Positions 19,901 through 29,110 of a stretch of 64,000 nucleotides of DNA are shown here, piece after piece. Made by a program: the position numbers and the translations under genes. The notes beneath the pieces were generated by a model that was given only the letters and a program-made list of their open reading frames with translations, was not told where the DNA came from and searched no databases. Numbering within the stretch: position 1 is the first letter of the stretch; every line of letters starts with the position of its first letter. The stretch lies in assembly GCA_964637845.1 (NCBI GenBank), contig CAZWXI010000004.1, positions 4,303 through 68,302 on the forward strand, read 5' to 3'. Source of the DNA: an uncultured Hyphomicrobiales bacterium (GTDB taxonomy: Bacteria > Bacteroidota > Ignavibacteria > Kapaibacteriales > UBA2268).

Positions 19901-20325
19901 ATGCCACTGAAGCAACATTAGCTATTGAAGAAATAGCCGAAGAAGATGCCGGTAAATACCATGTAACAGTAAGAAACGAATGCGGGTTAGTTACATCAAT
20001 CTCTTGTGAAGTTGTTGTGGCTTCGGGAACAACAGATGTGACTAAAGTAATTCATCACGGCTATTCGTTGGGCGTTGCGGTACCAAACCCGGTAAATTCA
20101 AGCACAGTAATGCCTTATTCATTACCGACAGATGGATACGTGGGAATCGTACTCATAAATCAACTCGGCATCGAAGTAGCTAAACTTGTTGAAACAAAAC
20201 TTGCAAGCGGAGACTACAAGCTTTCGATTGATGCACATGCTTTACGCCTCACATCAGGTATTTACTCAGTTATTCTCAGAGCAAACGGTGTACAACTGAT
20301 TCAAAGACTTGCAGTAATTAAATAA
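13921..20325 (+). CDS. Giant (2134 aa) secreted protein: signal peptide, periodic right-handed beta-helix repeat array, a second beta-helix region, about 7 Ig-like (I-set-like) domains, and a C-terminal T9SS sorting domain
   Basis: N-terminal MNKLFTRIFLLVILAFGFVPEANS. About 12 tandem ~22-23-aa units ('YGI/VF..SS..Y..VNNN.f.N') run from aa 230-520. Recurring Ig-like blocks carry the Y(Q/R)W..NG ... Y.C pattern (YQWEFRKTG, YRWQKNIG, YQWTKNG, VQWYRGN, YQWYRNG, YQWYFNE). The C-terminus NPVNSSTVMPYSLPTDGYVGIVLINQLGIEVAKLV...GIYSVILRANGVQLIQRLAVIK is typical of a Por secretion tail. Confidence 0.8.
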   Translation: MNKLFTRIFLLVILAFGFVPEANSKVEIGSTSYNTLTDAFSAINNGTHTGSIVAKITDNISETARAVLMASGQGNASYNSIVIYPTGDYKISGNQATALIELRGADNVTFDGRKNQSGSDRNLTIENTSTSTHSVIWLDSNTTGGGGASKNTIRNVNIIGGSTTAGYGIVLSVSTSLTGAGGGNDDNTIMFCDFKKLLFGIRAYGVSSTVPVKNLKVNNNNFGSSSASETVTSYGIFTYFTDNLALHNNVFKDMVYTSAIYCIYHYYGNKDQIYNNTLDNFRSTGSVVYGIMSYYGNENKIYNNSLTNFVATVSACYPVYCLSSPYTEFYNNKVENMISGTSVVYGFYISSGNYTKVNNNTFKNFQALSSAVYGVFLSSAQYSEVNNNVLDNHISGSTTYPIYLSSCQYSKVNNNRLTNIFLSSASNNFIYGIGIFSSPYTESLNNYIDNMINNTLSTNAGIYVSSSQYAKINNNRISRLVSQQLSYGIFFTTVADAQVNGNEIFDMTANGTSTTGAWGIFITGTSSNTEIINNTIAYVRTTQSSASSTTNNPFGIAISGGTGYKIWYNSVQLSGKQIATGTQGTLSACLMISSTAVNTFNLRNNNFSNTLEGLSGSNSYAIYLAGTGNLTNSTMDYNNYYVGGPHGMLGFLTSNRNSISDWRTATSREQNSMSILVQFNSHLNNSPIPGSQIIGKGTPISDVIYDILGEQRSNTTPTPGAYEKAADILGPDIVFDKLTITSSTANRVITARITDYTGVNKTNSAPRLYYRATKNSNAWVGNNSNQDGWKFATATISGDQYTFTLDYNRLNGGMVVGDVIEYFIIAQDIAPKQNISVSRGFFSVTPTSTDLNAQNFPFYDADSYRTAHPIKGEIKVGSGQDYATLTDDGGLFEYMNKNIITGEVNVLITRDLTETGKHQLRNMSYENGNFHYINIRPSEAKTKKITGAIAGSAVIWFLGANYVNLDGSFEGAGRYLEISNTQTSGVYACVAVGSGAPMVNGGKFITIQNCVIFSGYITSTNGSFGILVTDGVMGQSGTSPFVHNLTIRNNHIYKSTAGIWARATSTGMFENLLIENNIIGNANAGDGISWKGIDLAWANTATIRRNTIHSFATNLSTVNYAGIETNNTNNFVTIDGNQIYNIKQPSASGYGAYGINVAGSSTTVGFTITNNFIAEISTMNYSRTSTTWNPFGIRIASGQFHKIWHNTIIMTGQQGTSGSQPSLTANIIFTSTFYFNDLRNNILHNSLQGLSGTLSFNVFTAMTSNLWTNMLSTADYNNYTVGGSAGVFGGWGTSIPYNQATSLTAWKNMTGRDLNSFSTSTQHISTTDLHLNGGSVGNTAIMIPRMSQVMIDGDGEARPNPTYVGADEVVPFLDLTRQTTFTPQNNTYCINGNVNVSFDFDLRFGDGVQRSGLSAIDITWYKNGSVISGAKNKSINFEQLKMSDSARYYATVNFLNLNLVTQERNLKVEAPIVINLQPKDADICSSDPILQLTTASQGTITGYQWEFRKTGTQAWMPLAGHNTPNITKYLDDPDDAVGSYRLKIIGPGNCGSDVIYSNVINVNVSDPLHSTQLQYEGNLGYVCRDETIIISAIGEGTIFGYRWQKNIGKGFIDLSVNDYPSAHTNTLILTNATPDESAVYRCMIQGSAVCNTALVPTPAVNVRVWDFFAIEEHPESQVVCHNDNLFLRVFAEGTIYGYQWTKNGVDITLDENPFAQSAVLYLNNADYSISGVYTCRLHIEDCSGEKYVTTNPAAVYVATSTEILIKPQTQSVMVGNSVHFNIRAHVNGAPPTFNPRVQWYRGNQPLLESPKYIGTKSNNLIISNVNNNDFGSDYWVVVFGLCGNDTVRNFGLVKAEFAITKQPDDISVCQNGDVTFGVETYSSIGENMTYQWYRNGTALRDNGDYFGTRTSTLVINGATSKHNGEYHCKVKTPSSEYGLNTRTAKLVVRDVPVITSNLKESLSLTIGDELRLEVQAEGTDLQYQWYFNEAIIPDATEATLAIEEIAEEDAGKYHVTVRNECGLVTSISCEVVVASGTTDVTKVIHHGYSLGVAVPNPVNSSTVMPYSLPTDGYVGIVLINQLGIEVAKLVETKLASGDYKLSIDAHALRLTSGIYSVILRANGVQLIQRLAVIK

Positions 20326-20344
20326 GACTATATGCTAAAAATAA

Positions 20345-20381
20345 GAGACTGTCCCCCATGGGGCAGTCTCCTTTTTTATTT
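20345..20381 (+). terminator. Rho-independent terminator after the giant gene
   Basis: GC-rich stem GAGACTGTCCCC / GGGGCAGTCTC (one bulge) followed by CTTTTTTATTT. Confidence 0.75.
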
Positions 20382-20469
20382 GTGAGAACGATTCTAATCA
20401 AATTTGATTTGTTACGTCTTACGAAAATTAAACCAAGAATATAGATTTAGTTCATTATTAAAGACACGG

Positions 20470-22287
20470 ATGAGCGCCAGCAATTTAGAGTTATTTAGAA
20501 ATTTTTGCATCATAGCGCATATTGACCATGGTAAATCTACATTAGCAGATAGATTGCTCGAAATCACCGGTAGGGTTACAAAACGAGAGATGGTGACAAA
20601 TCAAATTCTTGATGATAATCCACTTGAGCAAGAACGCGGCATTACGATAAAACTCCATGCAATTCAAATGGACTACAGAGCAGACGACGGAAAAGATTAT
20701 ATCCTGAATTTGATTGATACTCCCGGACATGTTGATTTCACTTATGAAGTATCTCGCTCATTAGCCGCATGCGAAGGTGCATTGTTAATTGTTGATGCTA
20801 CTCAAGGGATTGAAGCTCAAACGATAAGCAATTTATATCTCGCATTAGGGAATGACCTTGAAATAATACCCATATTGAATAAGATAGACTTACCTGCGGC
20901 ACAGACGACCCTCGATGATGTCAAACATCAAGTCATGGAACTCGTCGGTTGCGATGAAGACGAAATTCTACTCGCTTCCGCAAAAAGTGGTATTGGTATT
21001 CATGAGATATTGGAAGCAATTGTTAAAAGAGTACCACCACCCAAAGGCAATCCCGATGCTCCACTTAAAGCACTTATTTATGATTCAATTTATGATTCAT
21101 ACCGAGGCGTTATAGTTAATATACGTGTTTTTGATGGTACTCTTCGAGAAAATGAAAAGGTTCTTTTCATGGCTACCAATAAGGTGTATGAGATAGAGGA
21201 AGTTGGCATACTCTATATGACTCGGCAACGTACTAAAATACTACAAGCGGGAAACGTAGGGTATTTTACCGCTAGTATTCGAGATTTGCACGATACGAAA
21301 GTAGGCGATACTATCACTCATTTCAAAAACAGATGTGATAAAGCAATTGAGGGTTTTCAAGTCGTGAAACCGATGGTATTTTCCGGAATTTATCCAGCAG
21401 ATGCCGATGATTTCGAAGATTTGCGCGAGGCATTGTCCAAACTTGTACTGAATGACTCTGCAATTACATTTGAACCCGAAACTTCAACAGCCTTGGGATT
21501 TGGATTTCGTTGCGGCTTCTTGGGGCTCCTCCATATGGAAATAGTCCAAGAAAGACTCGAAAGGGAATTCAACCAAACTATCGTAACAACTGTTCCGAAC
21601 GTAAGATATAAAGTAATTAAAACAAACGGTGATGAATTATTCGTGGATAATCCCGCAGAATTGCCCAAACCAGGTGATGTTGCCGAAATTCAAGAACCTT
21701 TCATTAAGGCACAGACACTTACACCAAACGAATACGTCGGAAATATAATGAAATTATGTATGGACAGACGTGGCGTATTGACCAATCAAATATATTTATC
21801 GGCAACACGAGTTGATATTCAGTGGGAATTACCTTTAGCTGAGGTTGTATTCGATTTTTATGATAAATTGAAATCCATCACACGTGGCTATGCATCGCTT
21901 GATTACGAGTTTTATGAATATCGCACGGGCGATTTGGTAAAATTGGATATCCTGTTGAATGGCGACCCCGTAGATGCTCTATCGGCTATCGTACATCGTT
22001 CCAAAGCTTATGATTGGGGCAAAAAACTTTGCGATAAGCTGAAAGATTTAATACCTCGACAGATGTTCGAAGTTGTTATTCAAGCCGCAATAGGTGCGAA
22101 AGTGATTGCTCGTTCATCGGTCAAACCATTACGCAAAAATGTTACTGCTAAATGCTATGGCGGCGATATTACTCGTAAACGTAAATTATTGGAGAAACAA
22201 AAAGAAGGTAAGAAACGTATGAAGCAAGTCGGTAGCATTGAAATTCCACAAGAGGCGTTTTTGGCTGTATTAAGCATAGATAACTAA
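20470..22287 (+). CDS. lepA: Elongation factor 4 (translation GTPase LepA)
   Basis: G1 motif [33 protein letters not shown], and the LepA-specific C-terminal domain. Start chosen at [17 protein letters not shown]. Confidence 0.9.
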   Translation: MSASNLELFRNFCIIAHIDHGKSTLADRLLEITGRVTKREMVTNQILDDNPLEQERGITIKLHAIQMDYRADDGKDYILNLIDTPGHVDFTYEVSRSLAACEGALLIVDATQGIEAQTISNLYLALGNDLEIIPILNKIDLPAAQTTLDDVKHQVMELVGCDEDEILLASAKSGIGIHEILEAIVKRVPPPKGNPDAPLKALIYDSIYDSYRGVIVNIRVFDGTLRENEKVLFMATNKVYEIEEVGILYMTRQRTKILQAGNVGYFTASIRDLHDTKVGDTITHFKNRCDKAIEGFQVVKPMVFSGIYPADADDFEDLREALSKLVLNDSAITFEPETSTALGFGFRCGFLGLLHMEIVQERLEREFNQTIVTTVPNVRYKVIKTNGDELFVDNPAELPKPGDVAEIQEPFIKAQTLTPNEYVGNIMKLCMDRRGVLTNQIYLSATRVDIQWELPLAEVVFDFYDKLKSITRGYASLDYEFYEYRTGDLVKLDILLNGDPVDALSAIVHRSKAYDWGKKLCDKLKDLIPRQMFEVVIQAAIGAKVIARSSVKPLRKNVTAKCYGGDITRKRKLLEKQKEGKKRMKQVGSIEIPQEAFLAVLSIDN

Positions 22288-22313
22288 TTTTAAAAATTTA
22301 ATATTTACAAGTT

Positions 22314-23225
22314 ATGGACATCAAGAAATTATTCTCAAGCAAGAACAAAAAACCTAAAAAAAAACCCGAAACCTTCCAAGAGGGAGTCATATCATGGGCA
22401 AAAACGATTCTCGGTGCAATCGTAGTCGTTATGATTATTAACGGTGCGGCGGTAGCATCATTTGTTGTACCTACCGGTTCAATGGAAAACACTGTAATGA
22501 CGGGCGATTTCCTATTTGTTAATAAGTTTTTGTATGGTCCGACAACCCCTCAGTTAATACCATTTCTAAATATCCCGCTTCCGTTTTATAAATTTCCTGG
22601 GATTAAAGAACCCGAAAAAGGCGATGTAATTGTATTTATTTATCCCGGCGAACGCGATGAAATCAAACCGACACAATTTGTTTATTATCTTAAACGTTGT
22701 GTTGCCGTTGCAGGTGATACACTCGAAATTGTCAATAAGCAGCTTTTCATTAATGGTAAAAAGCAGGAACTCAGTCCACATGGGCGTTATGACCGCGACA
22801 TTCCGATTTATCCGGGCGACAAGTTACGAACATTTCCTCCAGGAAAGGGATTTACTCGAGATAATTGGGGACCTGTTCGCATACCCAAAAAAGGTGATGT
22901 GATTCAATTAAGCTCTGCAAACATTAGAGAATGGGAGGTATTAATCGCTCGCGAAGGTCGTGAAATTGCAAATACCGCAAGTGGTATATATATTGATGGA
23001 AAATTAACCGATACTTACACAATTGAGAGAGATTATTGTTTTGGTTTGGGCGATAATCGCGATAATAGTCTTGATAGCCGCTATTGGGGTTTTATACCGT
23101 ATGATAATGTAATCGGCTCACCAATGATTGTTTATTGGTCGTGGGATACACACATACCGCTCACAAAGATTATCGATAAATTTGCTTCCACGCGATTATC
23201 AAGAATAGGCACTTTAATCCGGTAA
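22314..23225 (+). CDS. lepB: Signal peptidase I
   Basis: Ser box GSMENTVMTGDFLFVNKF, Lys box KRCVAVAGD, and box E GDNRDNSLDSRYWGFIP. Conserved lepA-lepB order. Confidence 0.85.
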   Translation: MDIKKLFSSKNKKPKKKPETFQEGVISWAKTILGAIVVVMIINGAAVASFVVPTGSMENTVMTGDFLFVNKFLYGPTTPQLIPFLNIPLPFYKFPGIKEPEKGDVIVFIYPGERDEIKPTQFVYYLKRCVAVAGDTLEIVNKQLFINGKKQELSPHGRYDRDIPIYPGDKLRTFPPGKGFTRDNWGPVRIPKKGDVIQLSSANIREWEVLIAREGREIANTASGIYIDGKLTDTYTIERDYCFGLGDNRDNSLDSRYWGFIPYDNVIGSPMIVYWSWDTHIPLTKIIDKFASTRLSRIGTLIR

Positions 23226-23998
23226 TGTTCACAAGCGATAATTATAAGTCACGAGATGAAAGTTTTCAGTTCAATTTGAAATCCGTATTTCAAATCTTTA
23301 TTATCGCCATTTTCATCATATTTTTCTTAAAATTAATCGTAATTGATTTTCTTAGAATCGAATCAGATTCGATGTATCCAGTTTTAAAAAATGGAGACCA
23401 AGTTCTTATGAGCCGCCTTGGCTATTATATAGGGTTCAGTTCCGTAATACCATTTACAAACATAGATAATCCTTATAGATTTACGATTTGGTACCGTCAA
23501 CCCAAAGTAGGTGACGTAATTGTTTATAAGTATTCCAATCCCCAAGATGAGGACTTGGTCTATAAGTATCTTACTAAAAGAATTCGTGCCGTCCCCGGTG
23601 ATACAATTAATTATCAAAATATAGACGATGTACTTACGTATAATTTGTATCCGCCGATAGATTACTTACATGATTACAAAAAAGCGATTTTACCAAAACA
23701 AGGTGAAACAATTATCTTTGATTCAACAAATGCCGACTTCTATTTATACCTAATCCGTAATGAGAGAAGTGCAGCATTCAATACGGGTAAATCTTTTTTA
23801 ATTGATGGCTCATTCACTAATAGCTACATTTTCGAAAATTCCTACTATTTTGTGACAGGTGATAACTACCGGAACAGCTTCGATTCACGCTTTTATGGGC
23901 CAATTTCGAGCGAAAACATTGAGGGGAAACTCTTATTTCGATACTTTTCTCATAATGATACGCAAAGTATTTCGTTCATTAATTTTAAATGGCTATAA
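23225..23998 (+). CDS. Signal peptidase I paralogue
   Basis: SDSMYPVLKNGDQVLMSRL, KRIRAVPGD, GDNYRNSFDSRFYGPI. The start codon overlaps the lepB stop. Confidence 0.75.
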   Translation: MFTSDNYKSRDESFQFNLKSVFQIFIIAIFIIFFLKLIVIDFLRIESDSMYPVLKNGDQVLMSRLGYYIGFSSVIPFTNIDNPYRFTIWYRQPKVGDVIVYKYSNPQDEDLVYKYLTKRIRAVPGDTINYQNIDDVLTYNLYPPIDYLHDYKKAILPKQGETIIFDSTNADFYLYLIRNERSAAFNTGKSFLIDGSFTNSYIFENSYYFVTGDNYRNSFDSRFYGPISSENIEGKLLFRYFSHNDTQSISFINFKWL

Positions 23999-24627
23999 AA
24001 ATTATCATAGCAACCCTGCTTGTCTTAATCTTTAAGCTAATCGGCAATAGAAATTTAATCGCCGATAGTCTTGATGTTTACATCATCAATTACAGCTATC
24101 ATACGGGAATTGTACTTCCCGTTGATTCTACTTTTAAATCAAACTTTATTGCTGCCAAAGATTTTCTCAATTATAGAACTATTGATATCGGATGGGGAGA
24201 TGCTGATTTCTATCAAATACCGGGGTTTGACCTATATTTAGCGGCAAAAGCATTATTCGTTCCAACACCAAGCGTTCTACGACTCGAAGGCATTGATTAT
24301 CCTATTAGAGCAATGCCCGAAAATTATGATTTCATCTTCTTATTGAGGATGTCGGTTTCACAGTTATTAAAGTTAATTGAAGTAATAAATTTAGAATTCA
24401 GAAGAACAGACACCGGTGGTTTGTTGATAACATCAGAGCAATATTCGGGTAAAGTCAGGTTTTATGAGTCAAACAGAAATTACCATGCGTTCAATACGTG
24501 TAATACGTGGATCGCAAGAGTGTTGAGAGACGGTGGATTTAATATATCCACCTTCATGGTGATTACAGAGCAAGATCTATACAATCGTTTGAAAAGAATA
24601 GCAAAACTGATTAAACCGCTTAATTAG
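23989..24627 (+). CDS. Hypothetical protein (possibly DUF2459/TIGR02117-like)
   Basis: 212-aa ORF coupled to the preceding gene. Motifs YSYHTGIVLP and YHAFNTCNTW recall the DUF2459 family. This rests on weak recollection only. Confidence 0.35.
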   Translation: MAIKIIIATLLVLIFKLIGNRNLIADSLDVYIINYSYHTGIVLPVDSTFKSNFIAAKDFLNYRTIDIGWGDADFYQIPGFDLYLAAKALFVPTPSVLRLEGIDYPIRAMPENYDFIFLLRMSVSQLLKLIEVINLEFRRTDTGGLLITSEQYSGKVRFYESNRNYHAFNTCNTWIARVLRDGGFNISTFMVITEQDLYNRLKRIAKLIKPLN

Positions 24628-25405
24628 AGCGTGGTGGTTGCCAGTTGCCCCGAGCCCACTTCACGAGTTCAATATCAACACTACCGACATAAACATTCAT
24701 TTCTGCTTTTATAGGTACGCGTGCATCATCATCGGAGAACCATCCCTTGAAATAACCTTTTAATCCATAAACACCTTCCCAATCAGCTCTACCGTCAAAA
24801 AATAGAGTTTTTACGGGATAATCAACCGCTTTTATACGTGTTTGTGCAGACTTTCCATGAAAATTCAAATTGGTAAAGGAGATAACATTGTTTATCAATG
24901 TAGGAACTCGAACAGTTCTACCTAAATCAATATATTGGCGTGCAAAAAAGAACAATGAACATCCATCATTGATTTTCTTATCAAATTCAATTTTTGCCTT
25001 GTTTTCAAGGTTTTGATTATTCCATACTTCATATTGGATAATATTTCTCTCGTATTGAATATCAAATTTTTCTATTTTCCATGTGTCATTAGTTTGCTTA
25101 GTAATTCCTACGAACCTGTGAGAATGAGTAAGATTTCTTTCCATCCAAGATTCAAAAATTGCGTGCAGACTAACGAATGGGATCCCGGGATTACTTTTCA
25201 TCTCTGCATTTGCAAAATTTACTCGGCTACCTTTGAAATCAGTTTCTTCAATTGATTTGATAATTATTTTACCTAATCTTATACCCATGAATGATACTTC
25301 ATATTCGATAACCTCGCCGGGGAAAAACACGTTTGCCCGTGACTGAGCAGATAACCCGATGTTTGCAAAAACAGTAAATATTAAGCTGATAATAATAACT
25401 TTCAT
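24620..25405 (-). CDS. DUF3108-like secreted protein
   Basis: Signal peptide MKVIIISLIFTVFANIGLSAQS. GEVIEYEVSFMGIRLGKIIIKS resembles the DUF3108 N-terminal signature. Confidence 0.45.
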   Translation of the reverse strand: MKVIIISLIFTVFANIGLSAQSRANVFFPGEVIEYEVSFMGIRLGKIIIKSIEETDFKGSRVNFANAEMKSNPGIPFVSLHAIFESWMERNLTHSHRFVGITKQTNDTWKIEKFDIQYERNIIQYEVWNNQNLENKAKIEFDKKINDGCSLFFFARQYIDLGRTVRVPTLINNVISFTNLNFHGKSAQTRIKAVDYPVKTLFFDGRADWEGVYGLKGYFKGWFSDDDARVPIKAEMNVYVGSVDIELVKWARGNWQPPRSN

Positions 25406-25492
25406 TTTATATCCTAAATTCCAAATACATTATATAGACGTTAGAAAACTCAAAATGTGAAGGAGAATTTAGTTGAAAGTACGAAAATTGAA

Positions 25493-26251
25493 TTATTTTG
25501 CGGGATAAAAGCTGTATTCGTAAACGAATTTTCTTATAATTGTACCATCGGGCGAACTTTCAGTTTCACTGATTATTCTACCGCTAGAGTTGTATTTATA
25601 TGACCTGATATTATATATACCTTGTGCATCATAATGTATGATATCTAAACCGAGATTGCCGGAACTATATACCATACTGTCGCGAGAGAAAGAATTGTCG
25701 TTCGAAGATTTAATAACTCGTTCAATTAAATCACCACGCGAACTGAAAGTGTAAGAATAATCATAGGTAATAACTTCGTTATTTCTGATATTGTGTTCAT
25801 GGCGTTGTATCAGATTACCAAGTTCATCATAGATATATGAAATTTCCTTGCAAATCTCTCCGCTCAAATCGAAAGAAATTTTTTTGATAACTCTGCCTAT
25901 GGGGTCAAGTATGTATTCGAAAATTGATTGTTGCTTTTGGTTACCTGATTCATCAAATTCAATCAAAATCTCTTTCCCGGCATTGCCTGTATAAGTGTGT
26001 GATGATTTACTAAGCAATCTACCGCTATTGGTATATTCTTCATCGATAGTCAACCTACCTTCCCTATCGTATTCCTTATACATTACTACATTGAGCTTAC
26101 TTCCGGTATTGATATCAACAGACCATTTAGTGATTGACCTTAGTAGCAGTCTGTCTTCGGAAGGCATTGCTGGGGGCGAAATATCGGAACAAGCGCTGAA
26201 TATCAGTACAGCAAGAGAAAAAGCTATTGTAATATTTCCGAATCTCAACAT
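25493..26251 (-). CDS. Lipoprotein with YD-repeat-like motifs
   Basis: Lipobox LIFSAC. Repeated Y.YD..G.L-type units (ISYIYDELGNLIQRHEH, YKYNSSGRIISETE, TYDYSYTFSSRGDLIERV). Confidence 0.45.
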   Translation of the reverse strand: MLRFGNITIAFSLAVLIFSACSDISPPAMPSEDRLLLRSITKWSVDINTGSKLNVVMYKEYDREGRLTIDEEYTNSGRLLSKSSHTYTGNAGKEILIEFDESGNQKQQSIFEYILDPIGRVIKKISFDLSGEICKEISYIYDELGNLIQRHEHNIRNNEVITYDYSYTFSSRGDLIERVIKSSNDNSFSRDSMVYSSGNLGLDIIHYDAQGIYNIRSYKYNSSGRIISETESSPDGTIIRKFVYEYSFYPAK

Positions 26252-26454
26252 GTTATCAAATTTACAATTTGTATTTTATAAAAATAAACATTTTTTACAA
26301 TAAAACAAATTAATTCTTTAAATGTTTCACATAATTTTAAAATTATCTTTAAATTAAAACATATGAAAATATGAAATTTTATTATATTAATAGCATCAAA
26401 GTAAAAAGTAAGTCAATTAGTAGAAAGTTTGTGATTTAAGCTTGAAATATTACT

Positions 26455-27132
26455 TTACTTATTTAAGTAAGTAAACACAGCATTCTGCGATTGGGCTATT
26501 CTATACGAGGAATAGCCCAATGCTTCGATTTTCGCCATGATTTCTTCAGAATTAATTTCAATCATCAGGCTGGGATGATACTTTTCAATAAGCTGCGTCA
26601 TTCCTACAAGTACAGATTCTTCATGCCCCTCGGTGTCAATTTTCACGAAAGTAATCGGTACATCAAGTTCAAGAGAATCTAATTTCAAAGCTATAACTCT
26701 TAAGCTGTCCTGTGTATTTTGGCTGATTTTAGCTTCGAAATAATTCCTGATCCCCGTATCAAAATACGGCAACTCCATACTAACTGTTTTAAAATTGTCA
26801 GATACTGCACAATTAAACATAGTAACATTATTATACTTAAAATTCCTTACATTTGAAGCTAATATACTAAAAGTTTCAGTAATGGGTTCAAAAGCTAATA
26901 CTCTGCCTTGCGAACCGACAAGTTCAGAAAATTTTTTTGTGTAGTAACCAACGTTTGCACCAATATCAATCACCCAATCACCGGGTTTGATATATTTACC
27001 CATGATTTGGAATTCAGGCTCATCGGAATAAAACTTATTATTACGAATTTGTCTGATGTAACGAATTCGCTTAATGTTGTATTGCCAACTACTTGGCAAT
27101 TTAGACGCAAGTCTTCTAATAAAAGACATCAA
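26455..27132 (-). CDS. FkbM-family SAM-dependent methyltransferase
   Basis: [15 protein letters not shown]...GRVLAFEP...[10 protein letters not shown] is characteristic of Methyltransf_21/FkbM. The start overlaps the nuoB stop (ATGA). Confidence 0.7.
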   Translation of the reverse strand: MMSFIRRLASKLPSSWQYNIKRIRYIRQIRNNKFYSDEPEFQIMGKYIKPGDWVIDIGANVGYYTKKFSELVGSQGRVLAFEPITETFSILASNVRNFKYNNVTMFNCAVSDNFKTVSMELPYFDTGIRNYFEAKISQNTQDSLRVIALKLDSLELDVPITFVKIDTEGHEESVLVGMTQLIEKYHPSLMIEINSEEIMAKIEALGYSSYRIAQSQNAVFTYLNK

Positions 27133-27701
27133 TTCTTAATTTTCAATTTTAAAGGGTCGAACACTAAATCAGAGTTGAATTTTTCACCTGTCGGTATTTT
27201 AGAAACATCTTTCCCGAAATTGAATAAATCAGGCTTGTGATGTTTCTGAATTTTTTCCTGAATTGTCATCAGTCCTTGGATTACTGCTTCAGGACGCGGT
27301 GGACAGCCGGATATGTAAACATCAACCGGCAAGAATTGGTCAATACCTTGTACTACGGAATAGCTTCTGAACATACCGCCTGTGCTTGCACACACTCCCA
27401 TTGACATTACCCATTTTGGGTCAGGCATTTGGTCGTAAATTTTTCTAACGACCCATGCCATTTTGTATGTTACTGTGCCTGCCACAAGCAATATATCTGA
27501 TTGGCGAGGCGTCATACGAAAAACTTCCGAGCCGAAACGCGCAACGTCGAATCTTGATGCCGCAAATGCCATCATTTCGATGCCACAGCATGATATGCCT
27601 AAAGGCATGGGCCAAGCGGAATTCTTTTGTGCCCACTTGAGGATTGCTTCAACCGATGTGGTCAGGAAACCGTCTTTAGCCAATGTATTTTCTAATCCCA
27701 T
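27129..27701 (-). CDS. nuoB: NADH-quinone oxidoreductase subunit B
   Basis: Fe-S ligand motifs [21 protein letters not shown], and CPPRPEA. Confidence 0.9.
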   Translation of the reverse strand: MGLENTLAKDGFLTTSVEAILKWAQKNSAWPMPLGISCCGIEMMAFAASRFDVARFGSEVFRMTPRQSDILLVAGTVTYKMAWVVRKIYDQMPDPKWVMSMGVCASTGGMFRSYSVVQGIDQFLPVDVYISGCPPRPEAVIQGLMTIQEKIQKHHKPDLFNFGKDVSKIPTGEKFNSDLVFDPLKLKIKN

Positions 27702-28048
27702 TCGAAGCCTCCTTTTTTTAATTCATAAAAATATCCTGCGAAAAGTATAATTATGAAAACAAACATTGCCCAAAATGCCGTCATGCCTATTTCTCCCAAT
27801 TGGACAGCCCATGGATACATGAATACTACTTCTATGTCAAAAATCAAAAAGCTTACGGCAACCATATAAAATTTAACTGTGAACCTGTTTCGCGCAGTGC
27901 CGCGTGGTACCATTCCCGATTCGTACGTAGTTTGCTTCATTGCGGTTGTTCTCCTTGCTCCCAAGTATTCCGAACCGAACAAAAAAGCAAGAGCCACTGC
28001 TCCGCCGAGTATTATCATTATAAATACAGGTACATATTCAATAAGCAT
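27692..28048 (-). CDS. nuoA: NADH-quinone oxidoreductase subunit A
   Basis: 118 aa with 3 TM segments. [13 protein letters not shown] motif. Confidence 0.85.
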   Translation of the reverse strand: MLIEYVPVFIMIILGGAVALAFLFGSEYLGARRTTAMKQTTYESGMVPRGTARNRFTVKFYMVAVSFLIFDIEVVFMYPWAVQLGEIGMTAFWAMFVFIIILFAGYFYELKKGGFEWD

Positions 28049-28180
28049 AATTTTATTTTCCTAGTTTTATCAATTACAATATCCAAATTTAGCGTTTCCG
28101 CCACAAATAATCAAATTCATTTATCATGTTAACACAAATAACGAGATAACATATCCAAAATTGGATTACAAAAGTCGTAT

Positions 28181-29074
28181 TTAATAACAAAACAATATAA
28201 CCAATAAATACAGTAGTATGCTTGGAGCAACATATAATATACTGTCGAATCGGTCAAGTAGTCCGCCATGCCCCGGTAATAGCATCGAGCTATCCTTAAC
28301 ATCTGCATCTCGCTTAATCTGAGACTCTGCTAAATCACCGATTTGTCCCATGATTCCAATTATTGCACCAATAATGATTGAATGCAATGCAGAAAAATCA
28401 GGTACAAGCAGTGCCGTAATCAGATAAAAAGACATAACCGAAAAGATAAATCCCGCAGCCGAACCTTCCCAAGTTTTTTTAGGACTCACCCTTACAAACA
28501 ACTTGTTCTTTCCGATTGCCTTGCCTACAAAATATGCCGCTGAATCGCAAATCCAAATCGTGATGAATATCGTTATAACAAAAAGGCCCCAAACATCATA
28601 ATCAGCAAAAACGTCTACTTCCAGAAAGTGACTACCATTAAGTAAATTTTCAAACTTTGTGAGAACAAGCGTGAACTCTCGCAGCAAAATCAATGAACCA
28701 AATGATAAAGCGATATAAAGCACACCGAAAATCGTAGTTGATATATTTGTTATTGCATTTGCTTTTGTTGAAAATAATTGCAGTATCATCGTTCCGAAAA
28801 TGAGCACGATAATTTCAGTAAGTAAAATCAAATCAAAATGAGTAGATTTGAAAAATGCATACATTGAGAAAAGGATTACAAGCAACATCATCACGCCAAA
28901 GATTTTCATTGGTGAAGCATTTTTCTTTTCAGTAACAGCATAAAATTCGATTAATGTCAGCGAGGCAATGATAATAATTGCTATTAGAAAAGGCCAATTA
29001 CCGAAATAGCTGATTCCCAAGGTAATCGGTATTCCTATAGCGGCAACAAGAAGTCGTTTCGATAACTCATTCAA
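28181..29074 (-). CDS. cdsA: Phosphatidate cytidylyltransferase (CDP-diglyceride synthase)
   Basis: C-terminal signature SPKKTWEGSAAGF ... IKRDADVKDSSMLLPGHGGLLDRFDS. Polytopic membrane protein. Confidence 0.85.
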   Translation of the reverse strand: MNELSKRLLVAAIGIPITLGISYFGNWPFLIAIIIIASLTLIEFYAVTEKKNASPMKIFGVMMLLVILFSMYAFFKSTHFDLILLTEIIVLIFGTMILQLFSTKANAITNISTTIFGVLYIALSFGSLILLREFTLVLTKFENLLNGSHFLEVDVFADYDVWGLFVITIFITIWICDSAAYFVGKAIGKNKLFVRVSPKKTWEGSAAGFIFSVMSFYLITALLVPDFSALHSIIIGAIIGIMGQIGDLAESQIKRDADVKDSSMLLPGHGGLLDRFDSILYVAPSILLYLLVILFCY

Positions 29075-29110
29075 TTATTTTTCTCTTTTCTAAATTTTAC
29101 TAAAATAATT

